Under the pieces are notes generated by a model. The model saw nothing but the letters and a program-made list of their open reading frames with translations, searched no databases and was not told where the DNA came from. DNA of 64,000 nucleotides from Eledone cirrhosa. Lineage: Eukaryota. How positions within the stretch are numbered: the first letter of the stretch is position 1; every line of letters starts with the position of its first letter. Below, piece after piece: positions 13,901 through 26,867 of this stretch. A program made the translations under genes and the position numbers. The stretch covers positions 6,014,001 through 6,078,000 of the forward strand of contig OZ024751.1 of the NCBI GenBank assembly GCA_964016885.1, written 5' to 3'.

Positions 13901-14153
13901 TTTTGTGTGGTTTTCGCCACGAGTAACCCTCGGAGGTTTCCCCCCTATTGGGGAATTTTTCCTTGTTTCAATTTTCATTTTTATTGTTTATATATATATA
14001 TGTTTCTATGTCCTTTTTTTCTTTCCTTATATAAATAATAAAAATATTTACACGCACAAAACCCACATCGTACCGCCCTGTACCGTCCTGTGCCGTCTGT
14101 AATGTTTTTCTTGATGTCAGCCCTTGTGGCCAATAAGGAAATCATTATTATAA

Positions 14154-14188
<35 letters not shown>

Positions 14189-14190
14189 GT
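10960..14190 (+). mobile_element. 5'-truncated Tx1-like LINE (T2), from late APE to the 3' tail, degenerate
   Basis: SYLDR and YTDH (APE), DQSKAFDRV, RQGCP, FADD, CPRC..H..C; AATAAG then (ATT)n at about 14143-14188. Confidence 0.88.
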
Positions 14191-14194
14191 TATT

Positions 14195-17100
14195 CTTTGA
14201 GTCACAGTCATTGATGTTATTTAGCGGGAAAGTTTGTTGAAATGAATATCTAGCCGCTCCCTGCAGCCTCAGATATTCAGGACGTATCGGAGGGTTCTTG
14301 CTGTTCACAGCAAGCATGCCTTTTGAAGTGTTCCAAAAAGCGGGACTAGACTAATCTTGAACCATCCTTGGAAACTCTTTGAGATATTACCTAGTGCGCC
14401 TATGATAATCGGGACGACCTTGATTTCATGGCAGTTCCAAATCCTTTTTACCTCCCACTTTAAGTCCTGGTATAGGTTGATTTTCTCCCTTCCCTTTTCT
14501 TGCACTCTCGTGTCAAATGAGCAGGCTACACTCTACAACTAGGCACGATTTTCTTTCCTTGTCCAAAACCACCAGGTCAGGTCTATTGTGTTCTAGTTTC
14601 TTGTCCGTCTGTATCCTAAAATCTCACAGCACCTTCACCTGATCATTTTCTATCACCGACTCTGTCTTCTGCTCATACCACTTCTCAGAATGTGGTAAAT
14701 TGTTTACTTTGCATAGATACCAGTGGATGACCCTGCCCATCACATCATGTCTCCAGCCCTTATAGTGAGTCTCGGATACAATATGAGCCACAATCTCCTC
14801 CCTCTCTCCACAGATTCTACAGGGTGGGCTAGCCTCCTCCTTGTAAATATGGTGTTTCACCCACTTCGTTCTGAGGCCCTGCTCTTGCGCATCCACTAGC
14901 ATTCCTTCTGTAGGCTTTTTAAGGTCTCCTCTTTTTAACCAGTTCCATGTCTGTGGATCTCTGAATTCAGTGTTCTTAAAGAAGGTACTATGAAGGGATT
15001 TTACATGATGGTTGCTCTTCCTCCTTGTTATCTCCTCCTTGGACATCCCCTGTTCTATCGTCTTCTCCTTCAGTACAATTTTGAGCATTGGCTCCTTACT
15101 CTCAGTCACGTATTTGTGCAGGTTGTTTTTCTCCATCTGAACACAGTCCTCTATGCTGATACGGCCTCTTCCACCTTCAGATCTCTTTAAGTAGAGTCTA
15201 TCGACATCACTCCTCTTGTGGAACATGTTGTAGATAGTCAATAGCTTCCTAGTCTTCCTATCCATTTGTTTTTGTTCAGCAACATTCCATCTCAGAATTC
15301 CCGCACTGTACCTAATAATAGACACAGCTCGGGAATTTTCTGCACTTATGGCATTCCTACTGTTCAGATGTGACTTTAATACGCTCCTTACTCTCCGAAT
15401 ATACTCAGATCTTATCAATTCCTTCATTTTTTTGTTTTTGATGTCATCTGCCTCCAGAACACCTAAATATTTGTATCCTTCTTCAGTGTCAATTTCCTTT
15501 ATCATCTCACCTGGATTCCTTTGCTTCTGCTCAATTTACCCATCTTCATCACTAGTACTCCACACTTATTAATCCCAAATTGCATACACATATCATTGCT
15601 GAAAATACGGACAGTGTCAACAAGTACATCCCCCTCCGTCGCACTCTTCCCAAAGAGTTTAAGATCGTCCATGAAGGGGATGTGGTTGATGGTAAGCTCT
15701 CCTCTTCCCAACTTGTATCCTGCTCTCACTTTTCGCAGTATAACGGTCAGGGGGATCAGGGCAAGGACAAACAGCAGAAGGGACAAACTATCTCCCTGAA
15801 AGATACCTCTCTTGATCTTCACGCTTCCCAAGGATACTCCACCCGATGTTAACTCTGTCTCCCAGGATTTCATACTTTTGCCCAACAACTGTCTGATGTT
15901 ATCTGCCATCTTGAAGATATCTAGGCTTTTGTTTATCCAAGAATGAGGTACCATGTCGAATACCTTTTTGTAGTCTATCCATCCCATGGCAAGACCAGTG
16001 TGTCTCCTCCTGCAATTCCTCATTACCATCTTATCAATAAGTAACTGGTCCTTTGTACCACGGGACTTCTTTCGGCATCCTTTCTGTTCGTCCAGTAACA
16101 ATATGTTTATGTGGAGGTGATGGTAGATTTTCTCAGACACAATGCTTGTTAACAGTTTCCACATTACAGACAGGCATGTGATAGGTCTATAGTTGGTAAC
16201 ATCATTACCCTTGTTCGGTCTTTCATTACCAGGACTGTGTTACCTTTTGTCATCCACTCTGGTACCTCACCCGACATCAAGCGGTTATTGAACATGGTTG
16301 TCAGTTTCGGGTGAAGGGATGTTATATTTTTTATCCAATACCCCTGAACAACATCTGCGCCTGATGATTTCCAGTTGGTTAGTTTTTTGGCCTTCCCTTT
16401 AAGAGTTTCAACTGTGATACTCAAATCAGGTTGTTGGTGTGCTTGTTCACTAATCACCTTTTGAACTGTCTCAATCCACACAGCCTAACTATTATGTTCA
16501 ACATCCAGCTCCCATATTCCTCTCTACAATGTCTTAGTCTGTTCCGTCTCAGGGATCAAGTTGTTGCCTCTTTCTTTCCCTTCAAGCTGTCCAAACAACA
16601 TCTTCTGGCTGTTGTCAAACATGCGGTTCTGTATATTCTGACTGACTCTGCTCTCATACTGCCTAATCTTTGCACTTTTTGCTACAATGCATTGCTTCAG
16701 TTCCTCTATGATAATATTTAGCCCCCCCCCCCCTAGTTTTGTACTTTATTTGCAATCTATTTTTAGTGTCTATATTTCGTGTCCTTTCAGTAGGGACACA
16801 AGCTTTCCAATGTCTTTTCTCATTTCCTTGATTTGACCTTTCAGTCGTTTTTTCCACCAAGGTTATGATCTTTCTTGTTTGTTGTTTCCTCTCGTTTTTA
16901 TGCCAAGTAATTTCCTCACCGCATTTGCTGTTGCTTTGAGGATATTGTTGCATTGGTGAAGGTTCCTCGCCTGAAGGTATGGGATGACTTTGTTTACCCT
17001 AGCTGTTGTTTCTTTTAAATTTTTCATGTCTACAAATCTTAGGTTCATAGGTTTTCCACTATCATTGTTCATTTCATCTACCACTAAGTTCAGGATATCT

Positions 17101-17840
17101 TGTCCTAGCCGGTCAGCATTCATTTCCTCAATGGCCGTATCTTTGTTCCAGATGTTATTTATTTCAGCATTCACATCATTGTTTGCTTCGGATGCTTCCT
17201 CGGGTCTCTCAACCTCTTCACCTTCATTTCCCACTTGCTCGTTTGCCTCACATACTCCACTTTCCATTTCCAACTTAATCTCTCTGCTCAGTTCCTCCAG
17301 TTCCAACTGGTTTATCCATTCATTAGTTCTGCCCGGCCAATTTTTGTTCATCTAATTTAAATAGACCAATCTCGTTCCAGATGTTATGCATCCGTTTCCT
17401 ATAGCCATTTTCCATGGGGTTACTCTTCAGGTAACATTCCATGACAGTTTTATTCAATTCTTTCGTCCAGTTGGTTCTTGTCCCTTTCCTTCTTCTTCTT
17501 CCCCCAACACCAGCAGTATTTGGATGACAGCCAGGTCCCTGCTGCTGGGCCAGGGAGGACTTGCTGGTTGAGAGTCTTTCACATGACGTTCCAGTCTCCT
17601 CTTCACCGTTATTCGAACTGTTTAGGTTCGACATTTAAGCACTCATATCGAGGATTGGTGAATGTATGGTAACATAACCACCGGTGATTTCATCACCCCC
17701 AGTGATTTTAGCGTGGCACCATCACGCTGTAGACGAACATAAATAAATAAACAAATAAATAGATACAAACTTTATAAAATAAACATAAGTTTCATTGTCA
17801 TGTTTGAATGTCTGACTTAGTTTTTTTTTTTTTTTTTTTT
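14195..17840 (-). mobile_element. R4/Dong-like RT-RLE non-LTR retrotransposon, family A copy 1, full-length but degenerate
   Basis: Fragments 17634 to 14269 are collinear with the ORF at 26944-30336: QGDSLS, FMDD, CRICG, RHD, LQKACLL; (AAT)n 3' tail on its own strand. Confidence 0.9.
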
Positions 17841-17944
17841 CCTTTTTGTTTTTCAAGGCCAGTAACATCGGTTACAAGTGTTGTTGTTGCTGCTGCTGTT
17901 GTTTCTGATTTTAGCTTAATTATTATGTTGTTGTTGTTAGCTGT

Positions 17945-18470
17945 TTGACCGGGTCACTAAATCAGTCTATTTATATCTTCTGGTGACTTCCTCGCTTCTA
18001 GTCATGTGTAGTGGCATTACTACCATCCCTCTCTTAACAGAAGGGAGTGAGGGAATAGTGGTGGTAGCGATGATGCTATGGTGATAGGTGGTGATGGGGT
18101 AGTAGTACTGTAGTGATGGTGTTGCTGCTGCTGTTGGTTTGTATCTAGGTAAATCTTTTGTGGTAGTGGTGGTGGTGGTGTTGGTGGTGAAATTATTTGG
18201 CTGTTGTTTTCTTCCATTTGTGACCATTTGTAACCATTTTCTTTTTTGACTATAAAATATCTGATACAAAATTAAATATTAAGTATTGCAGCTCTATGTC
18301 ATAATGTTATGCGTTGTCATTCCCTGAGAGTTAAGACTGGTGTCTTATGTCCCATTTGTAATAAGAATTATTGTATCACAATTGTTTTAAATATGTAAAA
18401 AAAATCAAAACTTACGAGAACGATTCCATAACATTCTATCCACCATGTGCGTCCTCTTCCCTATTCATTA
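17945..18470 (-). mobile_element. Isolated 5'UTR of R4/Dong-like family B
   Basis: Homologous to 25540-26265 (shared TTGACCGGGTCACTAA.TCAGTCTATTTATATC and CTTATGTCCCATTT..GTGCGTC.TCTTCCCT). Confidence 0.7.
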
Positions 18471-18479
18471 TTATTATTA

Positions 18480-18665
18480 TGATGGATTGGCAGTATCGGT
18501 AGAGGGTCGGACGCTATGCTTTCCAGCATAGTTATGCCCCGTTACGGTCTGTGTTGAAATCCCGTCGAGGTTAACTTTGCCTTTCATCCTTACGGGGTCG
18601 ATAAAATAAAGTACCAGTAATGCACTGGATAATGGCTGGCCTTGTGCCAAATATAGAAACAGTTA
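18480..18665 (+). mobile_element. tRNA-derived SINE between (ATT)n tracts
   Basis: A/B boxes, shared core, 3' GGCCTTGTGCCAAA..AGAAAC then (ATT)n. Confidence 0.85.
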
Positions 18666-20526
18666 TTATTATTATTATTATTATTACAGTTGCATTCATC
18701 TTGCTTTGTGTCCATACGTGTTATCACCAACCAGTGACCTCAAGAGACAACAAGAAAGAACACACATACACACACACATGCATCTTTAGGTGTTTAGACT
18801 TGTGATGTACTTAGATTGACAGAATCTTCCTTAGTATATGGGCAGTTGCCATTAGTACTATCTTTTGTATTTCTCCTATACGCGGGTTTCCTGGGATTTG
18901 CGATAAGTAATCATTAGCCCCCTTAGGTATCATTCCTAGAGCGCCTACAACAACTGGAATTGTTTTAGTTCTCAATTTCCACATTTTTCCAATTTCTACC
19001 TCCAGGTCCTTATACTCAATTTTTCAAATGTTTTTATAGATACATTCTTGTCTATTGGAACGGACATATCAATTAGCAGGCATACCCTCTTTAGAAAGTC
19101 CTTCAGTATTATATCAGGTCTATTTGCATTTATATTTCGGTCTGTATGGATGCTAAAGTTCCACAAGATTGAGATGTGATCTTTTTCAAGTACGGGGGGT
19201 GGTTGATTTCCCACCAATTCTTTTGATGGTGCAGGTCAAAATGCTTACACATTATTCAATGTATGTATTGTGCATCTCTGTCGTGCCTGTTTAGGTATTC
19301 GATTGGAGCTATAGGACTGCACATTGAAATTATATGTTCAATTGTCTCTGGTTGTATTTTACATACACGGTATAATGGGTGTCATCCACTTCTTATTGTG
19401 TTGGCTTGGTAATTTTTTGTTGGCAGACACTGATTTTGTGCTGATATAATTAGTCCTTCAGTCTCTGATTTCAGTCCAGAGGATGCCAACCACTCATGTG
19501 TTAAAGTTTTGTCAACATCAGGATTGTTAGCTCTTTCTGGGTATTTTCCATACCGAGGCTTTTCTTGCCATTTCTTAGCCAGTTTCTGTAGCAGTTCTTT
19601 CTTTGCAGTTACTTTTACCTGCCTTGCTTTTTCTGTGTTATTCATTTCAGCAGTAAATGGAACTTCTGAAATTTGTAGTCCATTACTGTATCTTTGTGCA
19701 TCTTTTGTAATGGATTATGATCTTTTGACGCTTTCGTGTTTCAAAATGAGTTTGATCATCCATTCATGTGACTCCCTTAGATATGTAGATACTCCAATTG
19801 TTGCAGTTTTCAACGCAATATCTAACTGGATTAACCCACGTCCTCCTTCTTTCCTAGGGAGATATATTCTATCTGTATCTGCCTTAGTGTGATGCATTCT
19901 GTGCATGGTTAATAATTTTCTAATTTTTGTATCGAGCCTACGGATCTCTGTGATTGACCAGTTGATGACATTGTACTGGTGTGGCAAGCCTGTTTATGGC
20001 ATCGATCCTATTCCTTGCATTCAATTCCGTTCTTAAGATTGCTCTTACTCTGCGGTAACATTCCTTCGTTATCCTTTCCCTTATTGTCGAGTGCTTGATT
20101 CCGTCTCCTTCACAAAGACCTAGATATTTGTAGTTTTCCTCTTGATCAAGTTCTCTTATCACATTCCCCCGATAAAGATTAATGTCTGAACTTTTCAGCA
20201 GCTTTCCTCTGGTGAACGTTGCTTTGGCGCATTTATCTAGTCCAAACTCCATTTTAATGTCATCACTGAACTGCTTCACAGTGGATAAAAGCCCTTGCAA
20301 TTGTTCAATATTTTTTGCAAATAGTTTCAGGTCATCCATGTAGAACAAGTGATTAATGGTTTTGTCAGAGATTTTATATCCATGTTTTGTTTCATTGAGC
20401 ATTTTACTTAATGGTATAAGTGCGATGCAGAATAAAAGTGGTGATAAAAATTCCACATTTAATATTAACTTCTCCAGCTTCCAGTGATTCTTTTTCACTA
20501 TTCAAAAGGAGTGTCATTTTACATGT

Positions 20527-23500
20527 TGTAGTAAGACGCCTCACGCTCCTTGATAGAACAACGCCGGTTGAGAACGCCAGAAAGAAAAGACAGACAGCCA
20601 CTGGAAAGCCGACTGATCACACGCCAGAAACCAGCCTCTGTACAACACCATTGTTTGTGCTACATCAAAAAATAAACGTATATTTCATCTCTAATTTCTG
20701 CTGTTATTATGTCACTCGTATCTCGATAACATCTACAACTAATACTGCTAAAGTGGTGACCGACGTAAGAATATCACGCAGCCCTTCTTATTCATTCAGT
20801 TTAACTTTTATTGCCACGTCGCAACTTGCGAAAATCCAGAATATTCCTTTTAAGATTTTTGAAAAATTAGCAGTATTTCAAAAACTTTTTCGCCACCAAA
20901 AAATTTCAAGATGGCTACCGACATGTCATGGCTACGCTTGACAACAACAATGACATCAGTAGCGACTGCGTTGTTTAACCACTGACCAATACAGGGAACA
21001 GTGAGTGGCAGCTTCATAACCTTACCGAAGCCAACCACCACACATCGGAAATTTCAAAACGGCTTGTAACTTTACCGACGCAACCACCATACCTTCTGTC
21101 TCGTTACCATAGGGACGCGAGAAATTGAGACAGTAGTTTTCTCACCATTATGGCGTCAGACGTGACTGCCATATTTGGTGACTCCTACTCTACAGAAGAT
21201 TCTTTGACATTGCTTTAACAATAAGCAACACTACCGTGTGGCGGGACGGTAAGATGGCCACGAAATCTCACAAAAACACCATACATCTAACCCCTAACGG
21301 CATTAACAAACTTCTTTTTCAGTTTTCAGTTAGAACTAGTGTCTGTACACTGGTGATGTGAACTATTTGACTTTGAAACACTTTGAACTTATTGAGCAAT
21401 TTCTCTGCTCCCCTAGATTGACTTTGAATTATCAGTTTGTTACATTCACATATTTCTTTGTAGAATGCATTTACTTGTTTTGTGCTCTTTTGCTATTTGC
21501 TTGCTCATGGTTTTTGTTCATTCACATTCTTTGCTGTTTTACATGCCTGCATATGCACACATTTTTTTTATCACACAGCAACATGTTGTTCTTGGTATAT
21601 TTTCTTCAAACGTAATATTCTGCGAGTCCCTTTTCACCTGGTTGAGATACTGTCACATGCTAGCAGCTCACAGAGCTTAATCCACTGGATTCAAACAGTC
21701 ACCGCAACACGAGAATACTAATTGCAGCTGAACTCAAACGGCTTCGCATCTCGTTGCACACTGATCGTCCATGACGGCCATCCGTCTTGTTGTTTTTGCC
21801 CGACTCGCTGGGAAAGCAACAAATTGAACTGGACTTGTTAGCATTTCGGCCACTTCTGTGGATTCGCCCGAATTATGGAATTTACACTGCAATCCTCCTA
21901 CAGATTAAACTTGCCTTTTGTTCTTTACAAAGCAACCAGCCATTTTTTCCTGGCTCCACAGCACATTCGACAATACATCTGGGGGCCATCATTTTCTCGC
22001 CAGCACTGGTAAACTACCATAATAGCTTCGTTCACAGCTACTGGTACAATGCTTACCATTAACATGTAACGCAAGAACAGCAACCTCGCCCATGTCAGAC
22101 TTTATCCGTTTTTTGTTAGACCTTTGGCGGTCACGTATAAACAACAAAACAACTGATCATTTGACACAGCGGCTCAACACGGCCCGTAGCGCCTAATTTT
22201 TTGTTCTTGCATGCAACCGTCTGCTCAATTATTTGTTCATTGATGTGCTCTTTCAGCATTTGTTCTTGCTGATTTAATAATATGTGGGTCCTTGGTTTCT
22301 TCGTTATCGATTTTCGGCTGAAAATCTGGTTGGAGGTGATGTAGTGACCTACATTCCGCGGGCTCACATACATTCTCTGTGCGTGATTTGGCTCAGTTCA
22401 GCCAATCAGCGCCAGTAGAAGAGGATGTATCCCTACGCGCCCCGAGGAAGAATTTCCCCGCGAAGATTTGAAGAATCTCTAGCTTGTACCGGAAACTTCA
22501 AGCCAGCAACACGCATAATGTAACAGTGAGATATTGCACCCCTAGCCTCGCCGGCTTAACGGCGCAATGGCACATTCCCTTTTGTAACCTCTTTTTATCT
22601 GTAACTTCAACCATATAAATAAACAAACATTTCATCTCTAATGGCTGCTGTTAAAAAACGTTATTATGTTACTCGTGTCACAATAACATCTTTAATCCAT
22701 GCTGCTGGAATTGGCGACCTGACGAAAGGAATATTGTAAGAAGATGGTAAATAGATCGAGGGACCTTCCCTCACGTCTATGTCAACAAGATAATCCAACG
22801 AGAATACTATCACTTACCACACTGGCAACTAACGACCACTGATTCTACCACCCCGCTAAAGTGGCGACTACTCTATAACCAATACTGATAAAGTGTTGAC
22901 CCCGACGTGATTTTAGCAGTATTGGTTATAGAGTAGTCGCCACTTTCCAGGATTTGCCACTTTCCAGGATTTGCCGCCAATGGACACTAGGAAACAATCT
23001 GTCAAGACTGCTGTCCCGGGGGATATTGCCTCGTGGACGCATGTCTTTGTAAGGAATGATACGGTGAAGCCCCCGCTCACACAGCCTTACACTGGACCTT
23101 ACCGTGTCTTAGCGCGCTCGGCTAAGCATTTCACGTTAGATATTAAGGGGTCCAGGGTGACAGTTACATTAGACAGGCTTAAGCAGGCGCACCTTGACAC
23201 GGACGCTGTGGTTCCTGATCCACGAACCCCTTCGTATTTGCCTGTTGAGCGAACGACTGTTCCTGAACCACCATCATCGCCTGTCCCTACACCACCACCA
23301 TCGCCACGTTACAAGACCACGACCCGTTCAGGTCGTAGGGTCCACTGGCCCCAAAAACTTTGCAGCACCGTCTATATTTAGACTATGTTAGCTGCACCTT
23401 TTTTTTGCCTCTGTGTTTCTGCTTTTTCTTTGCCTTGTTTTTTTTATGCATGCATGTCGTTTTTTTTTAACATTTTTCAAATCCTTATTCTGGATTCAAT

Positions 23501-23824
23501 TTTTGCTAGAGCGAATAGCTCCCCCTTGTTGCATTGTTCGCCATCTTACTCCACATGTGAGTAATGACATCGATTTTCAATAATTTGAAAATCTGGCTCG
23601 AGGTACTGTAGTAAGACGCCTCACGCTCCTTGATAGAACAACGCCGGTTGAGAACGCCAGAAAGAAAAGACAGACAGCCACTGGAAAGCCGACTGATCAC
23701 ACGCCAGAAACCAGCCTCTGTACAACACCATTGTTTGTGCTACATAAACGTATATTTCATCTCTAATTTCTGCTGTTATTATGTCACTCGTATCTCGATA
23801 ACATCTACAACTAATACTGCTAAA
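20527..23824 (+). mobile_element. Non-autonomous Gypsy-type LTR retrotransposon (3.3 kb) with 4-bp TSD ATGT
   Basis: LTRs at 20527-20752 and 23607-23824 are identical except an 8-bp indel; start TGTAG, end TGCTAAA; PBS-like TGGTGACCGACGT at 20754; ATGT at 20523-20526 and 23825-23828. Confidence 0.9.
22971..23381 (+). pseudogene. Gypsy integrase C-terminal GPY/F module fragment
   Basis: THVFVRNDTVKPPLTQPYTGPYRV..VTLDRLK..TTRSGRRV is the typical Ty3/Gypsy integrase tail; no upstream gag/RT/RNaseH recognisable. Confidence 0.85.
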
Positions 23825-26278
23825 ATGTCTTCATACTGAATGATAGGAACCTCCTGACAACGGGAGATATTTTGAAAATCTCTAAACATTTTTCAATCCA
23901 ACAGCATGGCAAACTATCGAATGCTTTTTTGTAATCTATCCAAGCAATTGATAGATTTTTGAGTCTATTATCACAATCTTCCAGTATCATTTTGTTAACC
24001 AAAAGCTGATCCTTACAGTCATATGAGCCTCGTTTACACCCTTTCTGCTCATTGGGAAACAGGTCATTTGTTATCAGGTGGTCATATGTATATCAGTTAA
24101 GACTGATGTTAAAATGTTATACATTGTGGTCAAGCAAGTTATCGGTCTGTAATTTTTGAGATTGTTTGTCTCATCATTCTTCGGAAGCAGGAATGTAATG
24201 CCGTTAATTAGCCATGATGGTATCTTTTCTGGCTCCTTAACTATTGCATTTTAAAGTTGGACTAACAGCTCATGAGACTCTGTGAAGGCATTTATCCAAA
24301 AATTTGATATTTTGTCTTTTCCTGGAGATTTCCATTTGATGGTTTTTCTAAAAGCCAAACGCAACTGTTCAACTGTTATATTTTCCCATGTTTGTTCCTC
24401 AAGGTGAGCTGTATCTTTCATTTGTCTGTCTATCCATGGGGATGTACATTATGAACTTTTTCTTCGGTCCAGATCTTTTCCCAGAATTCTTGCACTTCCT
24501 CCTTGGTTGGTATTGATTTAGCAGTTATTGTTGACTTGCCAATTTTTCTGTAGACGTTTCTTTGGTTGTTTTTGAACATATTATCGTCCTTATAGAATCT
24601 AGATCGTTTTTCAAAGCGCCTTAAACGAGCAGCTTGGCCGACACTTTTTGCTTGATTATTTCTATCAGCATGACTATTTCACTTGTTGATTTTATACTGT
24701 ATTTCCTTTTCAATTTTCTAAGTTTAGTTTGTTTAACATGTTCACCTACTTTGTAGTTTGTTACAATTTCTATGTCAGATCGGAGAAGTTTTATCTGGAG
24801 ATTGATGTTCTCGTGCCAAGTAGATTTCTTGTGGGAATTCCTTTGTTTTTTTTCATTTTCACTCCACATAAGTGAGTGGTGACTTTAGTCGATGCATAAT
24901 AGAGATGATTTAGTTCAGTAATGTTTAGTTTGTTTGTGATGATAATGTTTTTGAGAATTATGTTAGTCTTGTGTATTATCTTTTGATTCTGTGTGTAGTT
25001 CTGGATCTTAGGGAGACTGTCTCGTCCCCCCATGTCAGATTCTTTCATTTTCATCCATTCGATCATAATTTCATTCTTCAAGTTGGCAAGTTCATTCTCA
25101 TTCATTTCATTATCATTTACGATCTCATTGTTTTCATTTTGAGTTTCATCTTGAGCATGCACTCCCTCCACTTTTTCGATCTTTTCTTTTATTTGTTCTG
25201 TTGCCAGTGATTCCGCCCCAACCCTGGGATTCGAAGTGTTACAGTTTACCTCGTTTTCACTGATACATGTTTCATTTTCCCTTCGCTGACTTTGTGCGAA
25301 TTGCTTGATCTGATCAATTTCTAGTAACTTTTTTTAAACAATATTTCTTCGTATATTGGCTAGTGTTGTTACTGTCAATATAGCCTCTGATTTCGGGATG
25401 TTTCTTTTTTCATTTGATATATGTCTGTTCTCTATTCGATCTATTTGATGGGTAGTACATGGCAGTGTACAAACCCTCAATGACTTCTTTATTGTCTTCC
25501 CTTGGAAGGGGGTAGCCAGCAGTACCATAGTCGTTGACGTTTGACCGGGTCACTAAGTCAGTCTATTTATATCTTTTGCTAGCCTCTCCCTTGTCTAGTG
25601 ATACCGACACCTTCCCCTTTCTTAAATTAACAGAAGGTAGTGTGATAGTAATGGTGGCAGCGGTGTGATAGCAATGATGGAGTGGTGGCGGCGGTGACTG
25701 TAGTTATGGCGTTGTCGCTACTTAGTTATTTTGAATAGACTGTAACTAGTATGCGTTTGATTGATCTGTATATCTATGCGGTTTGTCGCCTATGTTTAAT
25801 ATATATGTTCACATATTTCTTTAATATTTGAATTAAACATTTTGAGAATACTAGAGACACTATAATTGTAATTATTATTATTATGCTGGGAGTAGTGGTG
25901 TTGGTGGTGAAATTGCCGTTATCTGGCTGTTGTATTTAGTGTACACACGGGGGTGGTGGGATAGGTGCGGTATCTAGGTTTTGGTGGTGGTGAAATTGCT
26001 GTTATTTGGCTGTTTTATATAGTGTAGACAGAGGGGTTTTCTTCCATTTATAACCATTTTCTTTTTTGAATACAAAATTGAATATTTGAGCGATATAACA
26101 GGATATTATGGGTTCTCATTTCCTGAGGGATAAAACCTGGTGCCTTATGTCCCATTTCTAGTAAGAATTGTTATATCACAATTGTTTTAATTTGTTAAAA
26201 ATCAAAAACTTACGGGAGCGATAATATAACACTCTATCCACCACGTGCGTCTTCTTCCCTTCCTTATTATTATTATTA

Positions 26279-26840
26279 TGGTGAATTGGCAGTGTCGGTA
26301 GAGGGTCGGGCACAAAGCTTTGACGCATAGAGCTACGGCACTTGCTATTCTGAGTTCAAATCCCGCCGAGGTTGACTTTGCATTTCATCCTTACGGGGTC
26401 GATAAAATAAAGTACCAGTAATACACTGGGAAATTGCTGGCCGTGTACCTAAAGTAGAAACAATTATTATTTTTATTTGGGAGGGTTGGACGCCATGTTT
26501 TCTAGCATAGTTACGTCCCTTTACAGTCTGAGTTCAAATCCCGCCGAGGTTAACTTTGCCTTTCATCCTTACGGAGTCGATAAAATAAAGTACCAGTAAT
26601 GTAGTGGTTAATTGCTGGCCTTGTGCCTAAAGTAGAAACAATTATTATTAGGGCGGTGGATTGGCAGTATCGGTAGAGGGTCGGAGGCCATGCTTTCCAG
26701 CATAGTTACGTCCCTTTACGATCTGAGTTCAAATCCCGCCGAGGTTGACTTTGCCTTTCATCCTTATGGGGTCGATAAAATAAAGTACCAGTAATGCACT
26801 GGATAAATGTGTGGCCTTGTGTTTAAAGTAGAAACAATTA
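26279..26840 (+). mobile_element. Three tandem SINE copies (26279-26466, 5'-truncated 26479-26645, 26652-26840) separated by short ATT tracts
   Basis: Each has B box, core and AGAAACAATTATT end. Confidence 0.88.
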
Positions 26841-26867
26841 TTATTATTATTATTATTGTTATTGTTA

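Larger units (their letters stand above)
18687..26265 (-). mobile_element. R4/Dong-like RT-RLE element, family B, degenerate, interrupted by an LTR element at 20527-23824
   Basis: WIDYKKAFDS (23820-24002), LSPLLFC and FYMDD (19938-20498), GGRGL, SGLKSETEG, NRPDI..IDMSVP; the reading frame SMKT/CKMTLLL rejoins across the LTR insertion. Confidence 0.88.

Noticed and set aside
17640-17738. Pistol- or HDV-like ribozyme call for the RLE 5'UTR (CGTG..CCACG.TAAA; TCCTCG)
   Set aside because: No pseudoknot strand between P2 and P3, and no P3 pairing around TCCTCG; kept only as an unassigned structure
26279-26840. Tandem repeats resembling a CRISPR or tRNA array
   Set aside because: Units are about 185-bp SINEs with no unique spacers and no cloverleaf; the context is eukaryotic
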